A stretch of 64,000 nucleotides of DNA from Escherichia coli (GCF_050920415.1 NZ_CP169309.1), one strand, 5' to 3'. Positions 10,169 through 20,674 are shown, counted from the stretch's first letter. Translations and numbers: made by a program. Notes: generated from the sequence alone by a model not told the origin.

Positions 10169-11779
10169 TCAGTTGTCGCCTTTGAATACGGTTCCAGCAG
10201 GAAGCACTGGCGCTTTTCCCGGGGCTTCAACCGGTGTCTGCGGGAGATAATGTTCAACTTGATGAGCTGGAATGTCGGCGTAATCCTGTTTCAGCCAGCG
10301 AATAAATCCGCCGACTTTCACCAGTAAAATGGCGAGGAAGGGAAGGGCAGTGAGGACGACGGTAGTTTTCATTGTTTCCAGCGAAGCACCGGTAAACAAG
10401 ATGGAAAGCGGGATCAGAGTGATCACTACGCACCAGAACAGACGCAGCCCACGGTCAGGATCGTCACCTTCCTGGAGATTACGCGTGCTGGTCGCCGCCA
10501 TGGTGTAAGCCACCGCATCCATATGCGAGGCGAGGAAGATAATCATCACGCCCAGGTATGCGGCGAGGAACAATTTACCGGCTGGCAACGACATCAGAAC
10601 TTGCTGCACAGCTGTTTCGCCGCCCAGTGTTTCCAGCACCTGTGGGACGTTGATTACGCCATTGATAAACTGATGAATGGCATAGCTTTCCATTACACCG
10701 AAGAAGAACCAGCAACCGACAGTGCTGCCGAGGATCAGTCCCCAGATAACTTCTTTAATCTTTCGACCGCGCGAAACGCGGGTGACAAACATTGCTACGC
10801 CAGGGGTGTATGAGATCCACCACAGCCAGTAGAAAACGGTCCAGTTGCGGGTAAATGAACCATCGCCAAGCGGATCGGTGAATAAGCTCATTTGCAGGAA
10901 GTTTTGCGTGGTCAGGCCGATGGCATTGATGATGCTGTTGGTAATAAATTCGGTTGGACCGACAATCAGCACCAGTAATGGCAGCAGGAATGCGCCCCAG
11001 CCAACCATTTTGCTTAGACGTTGCAAACCGTTGTTGATACCAATCCACGAGCTTAGGCAAAAAATGCCGCCGGAAAGCAGGATCACAAATGCCTGTACGG
11101 TAAAGTTATCGGGTAAACCGGTCAGCGCGGAAAGCCCACGGGTAAAGGTTGCTGCGGTGACAACAAGGGAAATGGTCAGTGCGCCGACAGTGGCGATCAG
11201 GAACATCAAATCGACCAGTTTCCCCCACGGGCCTTGCGGGCGAACGCCGGTAATAGCAGCAATAATGCCGGAAAGGCTCAGCCCTTTATTTTTCCGCACA
11301 TGAAAGTGATAAGCCATGATTAATGAGGCCAGCGTATAAGTTGCCCAGGCGCTGATGCCCCAGTGGAAGAAGGAGTAGGGAACGCTAAATTCGAGTGCCT
11401 GTTGTGAACGCGGTGCGATATTTAATCCAGGCGTTTGATAATAATAGGCCCATTCAGCAACCCCCCAATAAAGCGTAGAAGAACCTAAACCTGCACAAAT
11501 AAACATAAACAGCCAGGAGAGCGTGCTGTATTCCGGTTTTCCTTCGCCAAGACGAATATTGCCGTATTTACTGGTGGCTAAATAAATCACCAGTCCCATT
11601 GCCAGCAAAACCAATACCTGTACGGCGGAACCTAACGTACGCGTGACAAAAGTGTATATAGCGTTTGCCGCGTCGGCCGATTGTTGTGGGAAAAGGCTTA
11701 ATGCAGCTGCGATGAAAAGAATGGCCACCAGGCTGATGCTTATCAACGGCACATCTTTTTTCTTAACATTGCTCATCAT
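10169..11779 (-). CDS. yeaV: BCCT-family transporter YeaV
   Basis: BCCT signature [27 protein letters not shown] and about 12 TM segments. AGGAG lies 7 nt upstream of the ATG at 11779. The start differs from the shorter length I remember for K-12. Confidence 0.85.
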   Translation of the reverse strand: MMSNVKKKDVPLISISLVAILFIAAALSLFPQQSADAANAIYTFVTRTLGSAVQVLVLLAMGLVIYLATSKYGNIRLGEGKPEYSTLSWLFMFICAGLGSSTLYWGVAEWAYYYQTPGLNIAPRSQQALEFSVPYSFFHWGISAWATYTLASLIMAYHFHVRKNKGLSLSGIIAAITGVRPQGPWGKLVDLMFLIATVGALTISLVVTAATFTRGLSALTGLPDNFTVQAFVILLSGGIFCLSSWIGINNGLQRLSKMVGWGAFLLPLLVLIVGPTEFITNSIINAIGLTTQNFLQMSLFTDPLGDGSFTRNWTVFYWLWWISYTPGVAMFVTRVSRGRKIKEVIWGLILGSTVGCWFFFGVMESYAIHQFINGVINVPQVLETLGGETAVQQVLMSLPAGKLFLAAYLGVMIIFLASHMDAVAYTMAATSTRNLQEGDDPDRGLRLFWCVVITLIPLSILFTGASLETMKTTVVLTALPFLAILLVKVGGFIRWLKQDYADIPAHQVEHYLPQTPVEAPGKAPVLPAGTVFKGDN

Positions 11780-11983
11780 GAGTCATCTCCTGGGCATAAA
11801 AGCCCGCCTCTGGCTTTTGCCAGTTGTAATTATTTGCAGGGTATGAGTTGTATGTTGTGTTTAACAAATTGATTATTTACATGTTACATAAATTAAACAA
11901 TTAAGAATACGGAAAGCCATAAAACACGAAACGGAAACAATAAAAGGTGAAATGACGCAGGTTATTTACTGCAAAGAACGAAT

Positions 11984-12009
11984 AAAAAAACCGCGTCAGT
12001 GACGCGGTT
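11984..12009 (-). terminator. Rho-independent terminator of dmlA
   Basis: On the minus strand: AACCGCGTC-ACTG-ACGCGGTT followed by T7. Confidence 0.85.
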
Positions 12010-12028
12010 CAAATAAACTGGTTTGACC

Positions 12029-13114
12029 TTAACGCAAAATAATTTTGCAAATCGCGTCGGCAACCTGTGGCGTGGTGGCATTGCCTTTCATATCAGGTGT
12101 TTTCGGCCCGTGAGCAATCACTTCTTCAATCGCGGCCAGAATACCGTTATGCGCTTGCTGGAAACGCTCATCGCCATTGCCGAGAAAATCGAGCATCATT
12201 GCACCGGCCCAAATCGTGGCGATAGGGTTAGCAATATTTTTCCCGTAGATATCCGGCGCGGAACCGTGGACTGGCTCGAAGAGCGACGGGAAAGTGCGTT
12301 CCGGATTCAGGTTGGCGGATGGGGCAATGCCAATGGTGCCGGTGCAGGCCGGGCCAAGATCGGAAAGGATATCGCCAAACAAATTGGACGCCACTACCAC
12401 ATCGAAGCGTTCCGGCTGCATCACAAAACGTGCGCAGAGAATGTCAATATGCTGCTTGTCCCAGCGGATCTCCGGGTAATTCTCAGCCATTGCTTCCACT
12501 CGCTCATCCCAATACGGCATGCTGATGGCTAAACCGTTCGATTTAGTGGCAGAAGTTAGCGTCTTACGTGGGCGGCTTTGCGCAAGTTCAAAGGCATAGC
12601 GCAAAATACGATCGACACCACGACGAGTAAATACCGATTCCTGAATGACGACTTCATGCTCTGTACCTTCATTCACTCTACCGCCGAGCGAGGAATATTC
12701 GCCTTCGGTGTTTTCCCTGACCACGTAAAAATCGATGTCGCCAGGCTGTTTTCCCGCCAGCGGGCAGGGAACGCCAGGAAAGAGACGAACCGGGCGCAGG
12801 TTGACGTACTGGTCGAACTCACGACGAAATTTCAGCAGCGAACCCCACAACGAAATATGGTCCGGAACGGTATCCGGCCAGCCGGCGGCACCAAAATAGA
12901 TGGCGTCGAAACGGCTAAGTTGCTCATGCCAGTCGTCCGGCATCATTTTACCGTGATGGCTGTAATACTCGCAGCTCGCCCACTCCATTTGCTCAAAACT
13001 CAAGGCGAAGCCCCAGCGCTCAGCGGCAGCCTGTAACACGCGAATCCCTTCAGGAAGGACTTCTTTGCCAATCCCGTCTCCCGGGATCGCAGCAATACGC
13101 ATCGTTTTCATCAT
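12029..13114 (-). CDS. dmlA: D-malate dehydrogenase (decarboxylating) DmlA
   Basis: Isocitrate/isopropylmalate dehydrogenase family with signature NLFGDILSDL. 361 aa. Confidence 0.93.
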   Translation of the reverse strand: MMKTMRIAAIPGDGIGKEVLPEGIRVLQAAAERWGFALSFEQMEWASCEYYSHHGKMMPDDWHEQLSRFDAIYFGAAGWPDTVPDHISLWGSLLKFRREFDQYVNLRPVRLFPGVPCPLAGKQPGDIDFYVVRENTEGEYSSLGGRVNEGTEHEVVIQESVFTRRGVDRILRYAFELAQSRPRKTLTSATKSNGLAISMPYWDERVEAMAENYPEIRWDKQHIDILCARFVMQPERFDVVVASNLFGDILSDLGPACTGTIGIAPSANLNPERTFPSLFEPVHGSAPDIYGKNIANPIATIWAGAMMLDFLGNGDERFQQAHNGILAAIEEVIAHGPKTPDMKGNATTPQVADAICKIILR

Positions 13115-13216
13115 TGGGTTCTCACTTCCTGACCATCAAAATTGACAACCTCACCATCCTATAATTGACTGAAAAGGAATTAATCCCCGCAACTGGTGAA
13201 ACATAAAACACGAATC

Positions 13217-14140
13217 ATGAATAATTTACCGCTGCTGAACGATTTGCGCGTCTTTATGCTGGTGGCTCGCCGGGCTGGTTTTGCCGCTGTGGCGGAAGAA
13301 TTGGGTGTTTCACCGGCTTTTGTCAGCAAACGCATTGCCTTGCTGGAACAAACGCTAAATGTGGTGTTGTTACACCGTACCACCCGCCGCGTCACCATTA
13401 CCGAAGAAGGAGAGCGGATTTATGAATGGGCGCAGCGGATTTTGCAGGATGTCGGCCAGATGATGGACGAACTTTCTGACGTGCGTCAGGTGCCGCAGGG
13501 GATGCTGCGTATTATCAGCAGCTTTGGTTTTGGACGACAGGTAGTGGCTCCGGCGTTATCAGCGCTGGCGAAAGCGTATCCGCAACTGGAATTACGTTTT
13601 GATGTGGAAGACCGGTTGGTCGATTTGGTCAATGAAGGTGTCGATCTCGACATTCGCATTGGCGATGACATCGCCCCTAATTTAATCGCCCGCAAACTGG
13701 CGACCAATTACCGTATTCTCTGCGCATCGCCGGAATTTATTGCGCAATATGGCACGCCGAAACATTTAACCGACCTTTCTGCATTGCCGTGCCTGGTCAT
13801 TAAAGAGCGCGATCATCCTTTTGGTATCTGGCAATTACGCAATAAAGAAGGCCACCATGCGATTAAAGTCACCGGCCCGCTGTCGTCTAATCATGGAGAA
13901 ATTGTTCATCAGTGGTGTCTTGATGGTCAGGGGATTGCGCTACGCTCCTGGTGGGATGTCAGCGAAAATATTGCCAGTGGTCATTTAGTGCAAGTGCTAC
14001 CGGAGTATTACCAGCCAGCAAATGTCTGGGCCGTTTATGTTTCAAGGCTGGCGACGTCAGCGAAAGTGCGGATAACGGTAGAATTTTTACGCCAGTATTT
14101 TGCCGAGCACTACCCGAATTTTTCACTGGAGCATGCCTGA
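13217..14140 (+). CDS. dmlR: LysR-family regulator DmlR (307 aa)
   Basis: N-terminal LysR helix-turn-helix (FAAVAEELGVSPAFVSKRIALLE). Divergent from dmlA. Start trimmed to MNNLPLLNDL. Confidence 0.9.
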   Translation: MNNLPLLNDLRVFMLVARRAGFAAVAEELGVSPAFVSKRIALLEQTLNVVLLHRTTRRVTITEEGERIYEWAQRILQDVGQMMDELSDVRQVPQGMLRIISSFGFGRQVVAPALSALAKAYPQLELRFDVEDRLVDLVNEGVDLDIRIGDDIAPNLIARKLATNYRILCASPEFIAQYGTPKHLTDLSALPCLVIKERDHPFGIWQLRNKEGHHAIKVTGPLSSNHGEIVHQWCLDGQGIALRSWWDVSENIASGHLVQVLPEYYQPANVWAVYVSRLATSAKVRITVEFLRQYFAEHYPNFSLEHA

Positions 14141-14197
14141 TTAATGATTCAATTATCGGGTTGATATCGGGTTAAAACCTGATTTTCTCCTTTCTAA

Positions 14198-14905
<708 letters not shown>

Positions 14906-14912
14906 TGCTTTC

Positions 14913-14932
14913 AGCCCGCGTTATCGCGGGCT
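14913..14932 (+). terminator. Hairpin after leuE
   Basis: AGCCCGCG-TTAT-CGCGGGCT. The U tract is weak. Confidence 0.45.
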
Positions 14933-14980
14933 TCCTGCCTGTAATCTTTCCTTATTCATCGCTGATACGGTGCTAAAAAG

Positions 14981-14996
14981 TAACCAATAAATGGTA
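14981..14996 (+). promoter_or_regulatory. NarL 7-2-7 heptamer pair of the yeaR promoter
   Basis: TAACCAA-TA-AATGGTA is an imperfect inverted heptamer pair about 80-95 nt upstream of the yeaR ATG. Consistent with remembered nitrate/NarL control of yeaR-yoaG. Confidence 0.5.
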
Positions 14997-15011
14997 TTTA
15001 AAATGCAAATT
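14989..15011 (+). promoter_or_regulatory. NsrR-type 11-1-11 inverted repeat
   Basis: AAATGGTATTT-A-AAATGCAAATT resembles the NsrR consensus (AAGATGCATTT-n-AAATGCATCTT). It overlaps the NarL site. Confidence 0.5.
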
Positions 15012-15077
15012 ATCAGGCGTACCCTGAAACGGCTGAAATAAACTGTTTTCAGCACATTCATCGAAGGAGGGAAAAGG

Positions 15078-15437
15078 ATGCTGCAAATCCCACAGAATTA
15101 TATTCATACGCGCTCAACGCCTTTCTGGAATAAACAAACTGCGCCTGCCGGAATATTCGAACGTCATCTTGATAAAGGAACGCGCCCGGGGGTATACCCA
15201 CGCCTTTCCGTTATGCATGGGGCGGTCAAATATCTCGGCTACGCTGATGAACACAGTGCAGAACCTGATCAGGTGATCCTTATCGAAGCGGGGCAGTTTG
15301 CGGTGTTTCCGCCAGAAAAGTGGCACAACATTGAAACCATGACTGACGATACTTATTTCAACATTGACTTCTTCGTTGCTCCTGAAGTCCTGATGGAAGG
15401 CGCGCAACAACGGAAAGTCATTCATAACGGGAAATGA
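15078..15437 (+). CDS. yeaR: DUF1971 (TehB C-terminal-like) protein YeaR
   Basis: 119-aa ORF. GAAGGAGGG lies 6 nt upstream of the ATG. Confidence 0.9.
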   Translation: MLQIPQNYIHTRSTPFWNKQTAPAGIFERHLDKGTRPGVYPRLSVMHGAVKYLGYADEHSAEPDQVILIEAGQFAVFPPEKWHNIETMTDDTYFNIDFFVAPEVLMEGAQQRKVIHNGK

Positions 15438-15440
15438 ATC

Positions 15441-15623
15441 ATGGGCAAAGCAACGTATACCGTGACCGTTACCAATAACAGCAATGGTGTTTCTGTCGAT
15501 TATGAAACAGAGACGCCGATGACTTTGCTGGTGCCAGAAGTGGCGGCTGAAGTGATAAAAGATCTGGTGAATACCGTGCGTTCTTATGACACGGAAAACG
15601 AACATGATGTTTGTGGTTGGTAA
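15441..15623 (+). CDS. yoaG: DUF1869 small protein YoaG
   Basis: 60 aa. Starts 3 nt after the yeaR stop, so it is probably translationally coupled. Confidence 0.85.
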   Translation: MGKATYTVTVTNNSNGVSVDYETETPMTLLVPEVAAEVIKDLVNTVRSYDTENEHDVCGW

Positions 15624-15692
15624 TTATCACTGATCGTAGATGGCGCAATTTCTGCGCCATCGCAAAAAAATCCTCCGTGATGCTTGTCACAA

Positions 15693-15721
15693 ATCTTGCC
15701 CTCCTGATGTTGTGCTATGCT
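15693..15721 (+). promoter_or_regulatory. Candidate sigmaS/sigma70 promoter of yeaQ
   Basis: TGTGCTATGCTTT (15711-15723) fits the extended sigmaS -10 pattern KCTAYRCTT. A weak -35 CTTGCC lies at 15695-15700. Confidence 0.4.
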
Positions 15722-15770
15722 TTTTATCAGCGACTAACCCGCTAATGCAAAACAGATAAGTGAGGAAACA

Positions 15771-16019
15771 ATGGGCATTCTGTCATGGATTATTTTTGGG
15801 CTTATTGCCGGTATTCTGGCGAAGTGGATCATGCCAGGTAAAGATGGTGGTGGATTCTTTATGACTATCCTGCTGGGAATAGTCGGTGCCGTAGTCGGCG
15901 GATGGATCAGCACGCTGTTTGGCTTTGGTAAAGTCGATGGCTTCAATTTTGGCAGCTTCGTGGTTGCCGTTATTGGTGCGATTGTCGTGCTGTTTATCTA
16001 CAGAAAGATCAAAAGTTAA
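15771..16019 (+). CDS. yeaQ: GlsB/YeaQ/YmgE-family stress membrane protein YeaQ
   Basis: 82 aa, three Gly-rich TM segments. Confidence 0.9.
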   Translation: MGILSWIIFGLIAGILAKWIMPGKDGGGFFMTILLGIVGAVVGGWISTLFGFGKVDGFNFGSFVVAVIGAIVVLFIYRKIKS

Positions 16020-16032
16020 CGCGTAAATTGCA

Positions 16033-16067
16033 CAAAGGCTGCACACAGGCAGCCTTTGCTATTTTTT
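16033..16067 (+). terminator. Rho-independent terminator of yeaQ
   Basis: CAAAGGCTGC-ACACAG-GCAGCCTTTG followed by CTATTTTTT. Confidence 0.85.
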
Positions 16068-16077
16068 AGATGTGACG

Positions 16078-16152
16078 TTACCACCATCCCAACTCAGTGC
16101 CGAGAACGACAATAATCGCTACGCCCATCATAATAATCGTTGTTTTTTTCAT
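16078..16152 (-). CDS. yoaJ: Small membrane protein YoaJ (24 aa)
   Basis: Hand translation of the minus strand gives MKKTTIIMMGVAIIVVLGTELGWW, stop 16078-16080. Absent from the ORF track because of size. Confidence 0.8.
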   Translation of the reverse strand: MKKTTIIMMGVAIIVVLGTELGWW

Positions 16153-16154
16153 CT

Positions 16155-16253
16155 TTATGCTCCCGGGGCAGCATAGCCGCCAATAAAAAACCATGCTAAA
16201 AATACGACCGCTGTAATAAAGATTACAACCGGAAAAATAATACCGATTCGCAT
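16155..16253 (-). CDS. yoaK: Small membrane protein YoaK (32 aa)
   Basis: Hand translation gives MRIGIIFPVVIFITAVVFLAWFFIGGYAAPGA, stop 16155-16157, 2 nt before the yoaJ ATG. Confidence 0.8.
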   Translation of the reverse strand: MRIGIIFPVVIFITAVVFLAWFFIGGYAAPGA

Positions 16254-16285
16254 GTTATCACCAATCAAAAGGATGTGAATACGCC

Positions 16286-17311
16286 TCAGGAATGTAGCAC
16301 TGAATGCGCGACAAAAGGTGTTTTCTGTTTGTGTTTTTTCTCCTGATACATCGCGATATCGGCAGCATGCAGGGCGCTGTCTGCATCGGTCGTTTCAGGA
16401 TCGACTTCTACTATGCCAAGACTGGCACCAGGATAATACAAATCAACATCACCTAAGTGATATTCTCCGCGTATTTGCTGTTGAATACGTTCTCGCAGCG
16501 ATGGAATATCCGCATTCTCATTGTTCAGTGAAACAACCAAAAACTCATCACCGCCGAGACGACCAATAACTTCGCCATTTTGCTGGAGCGTATTAAGGCG
16601 CTCGCCAACCTGAATAAGAAACAGATCGCCACTATTATGACCAAAACGATCATTGATTAATTTGAAGTTATCCAGATCGATAAATGCGATCATTATCTTA
16701 TGGTTAAGATGCCGGGCGAGGGAAAACAGCGTCGTCAGATTTTCAAAAATCGCCCGCCGATTTGGTAACCCGGTTAACGAGTCGGTATACGATTGCGCAA
16801 TCAGCGCGGCATTGGCTTCGCGCAGCTGTTCTACCAGCGCCTCTTTTTGAATATATTGTGCAATCAGTCCGGCGAATAACTGCAAAACCTGTTCCGCGCG
16901 TTCACTCCACTGGCGCTTCTCACTGCTGGCGGCGCAAAGCGTGCCATAGAATGATCCATCCGGTAAGTGAATTGGCGTGCTCAGAAATGTGGTGATGCCA
17001 AGATTGCGTGCCGCAATACAGTCGCCCCAACGGTCGGGGACTTCATCGCTGAAAAAGCAGTTTTCATCAATGGCGCGTTTGCATAACGAGTAATCCCACG
17101 AGACGGTAAAATTCTCCGGGATGTGCATTTTCTGGCTGTTACGGGCAAACATTATATGCTGCAGGCGCGCTTCGACATCCACTTTGGTCAGGTAGGTTGA
17201 TTCCATATCAGTGACCATTTCCAGCATCTCCAGAAGCTGTCGGACCAGACTTTCCAGTGACTGTTCTTTGGCAAGGGATTGCGAGACGCGGGCGATAATC
17301 TGATCTGACAC
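16286..17311 (-). CDS. dgcP: Diguanylate cyclase DgcP (GAF-GGDEF, 341 aa)
   Basis: Intact active site RLGGDEFLVV. GTG start at 17311 (VSDQIIARV) gives the remembered 341 aa. Confidence 0.9.
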   Translation of the reverse strand: MSDQIIARVSQSLAKEQSLESLVRQLLEMLEMVTDMESTYLTKVDVEARLQHIMFARNSQKMHIPENFTVSWDYSLCKRAIDENCFFSDEVPDRWGDCIAARNLGITTFLSTPIHLPDGSFYGTLCAASSEKRQWSERAEQVLQLFAGLIAQYIQKEALVEQLREANAALIAQSYTDSLTGLPNRRAIFENLTTLFSLARHLNHKIMIAFIDLDNFKLINDRFGHNSGDLFLIQVGERLNTLQQNGEVIGRLGGDEFLVVSLNNENADIPSLRERIQQQIRGEYHLGDVDLYYPGASLGIVEVDPETTDADSALHAADIAMYQEKKHKQKTPFVAHSVLHS

Positions 17312-17493
17312 GAAACAACTCCAGGATACGGCGGGTAAATGCTGATTATTTAATCTTTGCAGGCATGATAAAACATCATCAACAAAGATGAAACAAGGCG
17401 TAATATGATTTGAGTGAATGTAATAAAAATAGTGCTGCAAAACAAAACGATACCGCGATACTCTAAGCCTGGATAAATATGTGAGATCAATAA

Positions 17494-17748
17494 ATGAAAA
17501 TTATCAGTTTTGTTCTGCCTTGCTTGCTGGTCCTGGCTGGTTGTTCAACCCCTTCTCAGCCAGAAGCACCTAAACCGCCGCAGATTGGTATGGCAAATCC
17601 GGCGTCGGTCTATTGCCAGCAGAAGGGCGGGACGCTCATTCCTGTGCAGACAGCGCAAGGGGTCAGCAACAATTGCAAATTACCGGGCGGTGAAACGATT
17701 GATGAATGGGCATTGTGGCGACGGGACCATCCGGCTGGTGAAAAATAA
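17494..17748 (+). CDS. yoaF: DUF333 lipoprotein YoaF
   Basis: Lipobox LVLAGCS. 84 aa. Confidence 0.88.
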   Translation: MKIISFVLPCLLVLAGCSTPSQPEAPKPPQIGMANPASVYCQQKGGTLIPVQTAQGVSNNCKLPGGETIDEWALWRRDHPAGEK

Positions 17749-17769
17749 CCGCCGGATGCTGCACTAAAA

Positions 17770-18117
17770 TCACAAGCTACGTAGCCAGTCGGCCAGCACC
17801 AGCGCATGGTTCTGCGTGGTGTTTTTTGCTGAGTAGAGCAGGGTCAGCGGCTGTTTTTTGGCGATGTCTGCCAGCCGCTTTCCTTCTTGCTCGTGTTGCG
17901 TCAGTTCTGCAAGATATTGCTCGCGAAAGGTTGCAAAATCGACGACTTCGCCGTGAAAGGCTTTGCGCAGTTCCGTTGACGGCGTGATTTCTTTATCCCA
18001 CTCATCAAGGGCTAAATCGGTTTTTTTGATACCGCGTGGCCAGAGGCGGTCGACCAGTACGCGATAACCATCGCTCTGTTCAGCCGGATCATAAACGCGT
18101 TTGCACTGAATATTCAT
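17770..18117 (-). CDS. yeaO: DUF488 protein YeaO (115 aa)
   Basis: Start trimmed to MNIQCKRVYDPAE. Confidence 0.88.
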   Translation of the reverse strand: MNIQCKRVYDPAEQSDGYRVLVDRLWPRGIKKTDLALDEWDKEITPSTELRKAFHGEVVDFATFREQYLAELTQHEQEGKRLADIAKKQPLTLLYSAKNTTQNHALVLADWLRSL

Positions 18118-18171
18118 CGTATTTGTTCTCCCTTTCACGCATGATTTGTCACGTCACTATAGCACCGGATA

Positions 18172-19353
18172 TTAGCGAATTTCTTTGTCTCTCCCGGCGC
18201 AAAGTCCGAAAATCGCCATCAGTAGTGAAAGTATTGCAACACCCATCAGTGGTACGGACCAGTCACCGTTAGCATCGTGTATTTTACCCATCAGTGGCGG
18301 CCCACAGGCTGCCAGCAAATACCCGACGGATTGTGCCATCCCCGAGAGTGCCGCCGCCTGATGCGCAGAACTTGCCCGCAGACCAATGAACGTCAACCCC
18401 AGTATCATTGTTGCGCCGGAACCAAAACCGAAAAGCAGAGTCCAGGTGATCGCGTGTGCTGGCATAAAGCAGAGCCCAACCGCGCCCACTGCGCACATCA
18501 AGGCAACGAACGCTGCAATACCACGCTGATCTTTCACATGATGTAAGAAAAGTGGGATCAGCAAGCCGGGAGCTGCTGTGGCTAGTTGCAGCAAACCATG
18601 CAGTGAACCCGCCTGTGCTTCGCTATAGCCGTGACTGATGAGGATCGCCGGAAGCCAGCCAATAATCACGTAATAGACCAGTGAGTTGATCCCAAGAAAC
18701 AATGTCACCTGCCAGGCAAGCGGCGAACGCCAGATACCCCGAGTATGTAAGGCGCGTGAGGTACTCAAATTTGCATGTTGTTGACTTCGCCACTGTGGCA
18801 GCCATAAAAAAAGAGCCAGCAGAGGAAAACACATCAGCATGAGCAACGCGCCTTGCCAGCCAAAACCGTTCAAAGCCAGCGGCACTACCATAGCCGATCC
18901 CAGTGCCGCCGCAGCTCCCATTGTCAGGGAATATGCGCCGGTAAGTCTGGCGACGGAATGAGGGAAATCGCGTTTAATTAATCCTGGCAGTAAGACATTG
19001 CCTAATGCAATCCCACCGCCAATGACCGCTGTACCGCCAAATAATAAGTAAGGCGAAGGGAGAGAGCGAATTGCAATACCAGCACAGATCAAAAGTAACG
19101 CGGCAAACAGGCTACGTTCCATACCAAAACGTCGCGCCACCGGGGCGGCCAGCGGTGAGATTAGCGCAAAGGCTAATAATGGCAGGGTGGTCAATAAGCC
19201 GGTTTGCGCCGTCGTTAGCGAGTAAGCGGAACGAATCGTATCCAGTAACGGTGCTGCGCCGGTAAAGGTGACGCGTAATGTTGTGGCAATCATCAGAATG
19301 CCAGCGATAAGGACAATCCTGTTTTTACCGCTTAATGAAGTTGAACAGGTCAT
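18172..19353 (-). CDS. nimT: MFS (CynX-type) 2-nitroimidazole exporter NimT
   Basis: 393 aa, 12 predicted TM segments. Divergent from its AraC-type regulator. Confidence 0.9.
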   Translation of the reverse strand: MTCSTSLSGKNRIVLIAGILMIATTLRVTFTGAAPLLDTIRSAYSLTTAQTGLLTTLPLLAFALISPLAAPVARRFGMERSLFAALLLICAGIAIRSLPSPYLLFGGTAVIGGGIALGNVLLPGLIKRDFPHSVARLTGAYSLTMGAAAALGSAMVVPLALNGFGWQGALLMLMCFPLLALFLWLPQWRSQQHANLSTSRALHTRGIWRSPLAWQVTLFLGINSLVYYVIIGWLPAILISHGYSEAQAGSLHGLLQLATAAPGLLIPLFLHHVKDQRGIAAFVALMCAVGAVGLCFMPAHAITWTLLFGFGSGATMILGLTFIGLRASSAHQAAALSGMAQSVGYLLAACGPPLMGKIHDANGDWSVPLMGVAILSLLMAIFGLCAGRDKEIR

Positions 19354-19449
19354 ATGCTTCTCATTGTCACAAACGAGGCTGTACCTTACCGTTTTTATTG
19401 TTATGTTGAATCAAGCTAAAATGACAAAATATCGCTAAATTCTGACAAA

Positions 19450-20271
19450 ATGATGCACAGGTTGAATCTCAATGGCTATGAACCCGACCGACACCATGAA
19501 GCCGCGGTCGCATTTTGTATTCACGCCGGAACGGATGAGTTAACCAGTCCTGTACATCAGCACCGCAAAGGGCAGCTGATACTGGCGCTACATGGTGCAA
19601 TTACCTGTACGGTGGAAAATGCGTTGTGGATGGTGCCGCCGCAATATGCGGTTTGGATACCGGGAGGGGTGGAACATAGCAATCAAGTGACAGCTAACGC
19701 TGAACTCTGTTTTTTGTTTATAGAGCCCAGCGCAGTGACAATGCCGACAACATGTTGCACATTGAAAATATCGCCCTTATGCCGGGAATTAATTTTAACC
19801 CTGGCAAACAGGACGACGACTCAGCGTGCTGAGCCGATGACCCGCAGATTAATTCAGGTCCTGTTTGATGAACTCCCTCAGCAGCCACAACAACAGCTGC
19901 ACCTGCCCGTTTCTTCTCATCCTAAAATCCGCACGATGGTGGAGATGATGGCGAAAGAGCCCGTTGAGTGGGGCTCATTGGGGCAATGGGCTGGCTTTTT
20001 TGCGATGAGTGAACGCAATCTTGCCCGGCTGATAGTGAAAGAGACGGGGTTGAGTTTTCGCCAGTGGCGTCAGCAGTTACAGCTGATTATGGCGCTTCAG
20101 GGATTAGTGAAAGGCGATACTGTACAGAAAGTTGCTCATACGCTGGGGTATGATTCAACAACGGCCTTTATTACTATGTTTAAGAAAGGCCTGGGGCAAA
20201 CGCCAGGCCGATATATTGCGGGATTAACTACTGTTTCCCCACAATCAGCGAAACCAGACCCGCGGCAATAA
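19450..20271 (+). CDS. nimR: AraC-family regulator NimR
   Basis: Cupin-like N-terminus plus a C-terminal AraC helix-turn-helix (SFRQWRQQL...[14 protein letters not shown]). 273 aa. Confidence 0.9.
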
Positions 20272-20674
20272 GCGGGCCAACCGGTACGCCGCGAAACAGC
20301 GCCACGCCCAAAACAGTGCCCACCAGCAGCCCGGCGACCAGTTGCGGCTGGCTGCCCATTAACGTCACGCCGCGCCCACCTAGCCAGGAGACAATAACGC
20401 CTACTGCAATTGCCACCAGCGATTTCCAGTTCAGAAACGAGTGAATCAGGGTTGAGGGCGGTAGCGTCCCGCTGGCGATGGGGGCCATAACGCCAATCGT
20501 CAGAATGATTATCCCGATACTTAGCCCCTGTTTTTCAATCCACGGGAAAAAGGTGCTTAACGGTGTGACGCGGACAATGATTAACACCAGAATTGAAACG
20601 GCCACAGTGGTGTTATGACTGATAAAGCCCAGCGCAGCTAACCCGAGCAGGATCAGCAAAGTGACATCAAACAT
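20228..20674 (-). CDS. yeaL: DUF441 inner-membrane protein YeaL
   Basis: 148 aa, four TM segments. Its 3' end overlaps nimR by 44 nt. Confidence 0.88.

Noticed and set aside
13140-13170. Consensus-looking TTGACA (13142-13147) and TATAAT (13160-13165) in the dmlA-dmlR spacer, plus an AATTGAC direct repeat 23 bp apart
   Set aside because: The hexamers are only 12 bp apart, so they cannot form one sigma70 promoter. The repeat might be a DmlR (LysR) site, but I cannot support that from sequence alone.
15639-15661. 9-bp hairpin GATGGCGCA...TGCGCCATC after yoaG
   Set aside because: It is followed by an A run rather than a T run on the yoaG strand, so it is not a canonical terminator for yoaG. It may still stabilise the transcript, but I left it out of the terminator calls.
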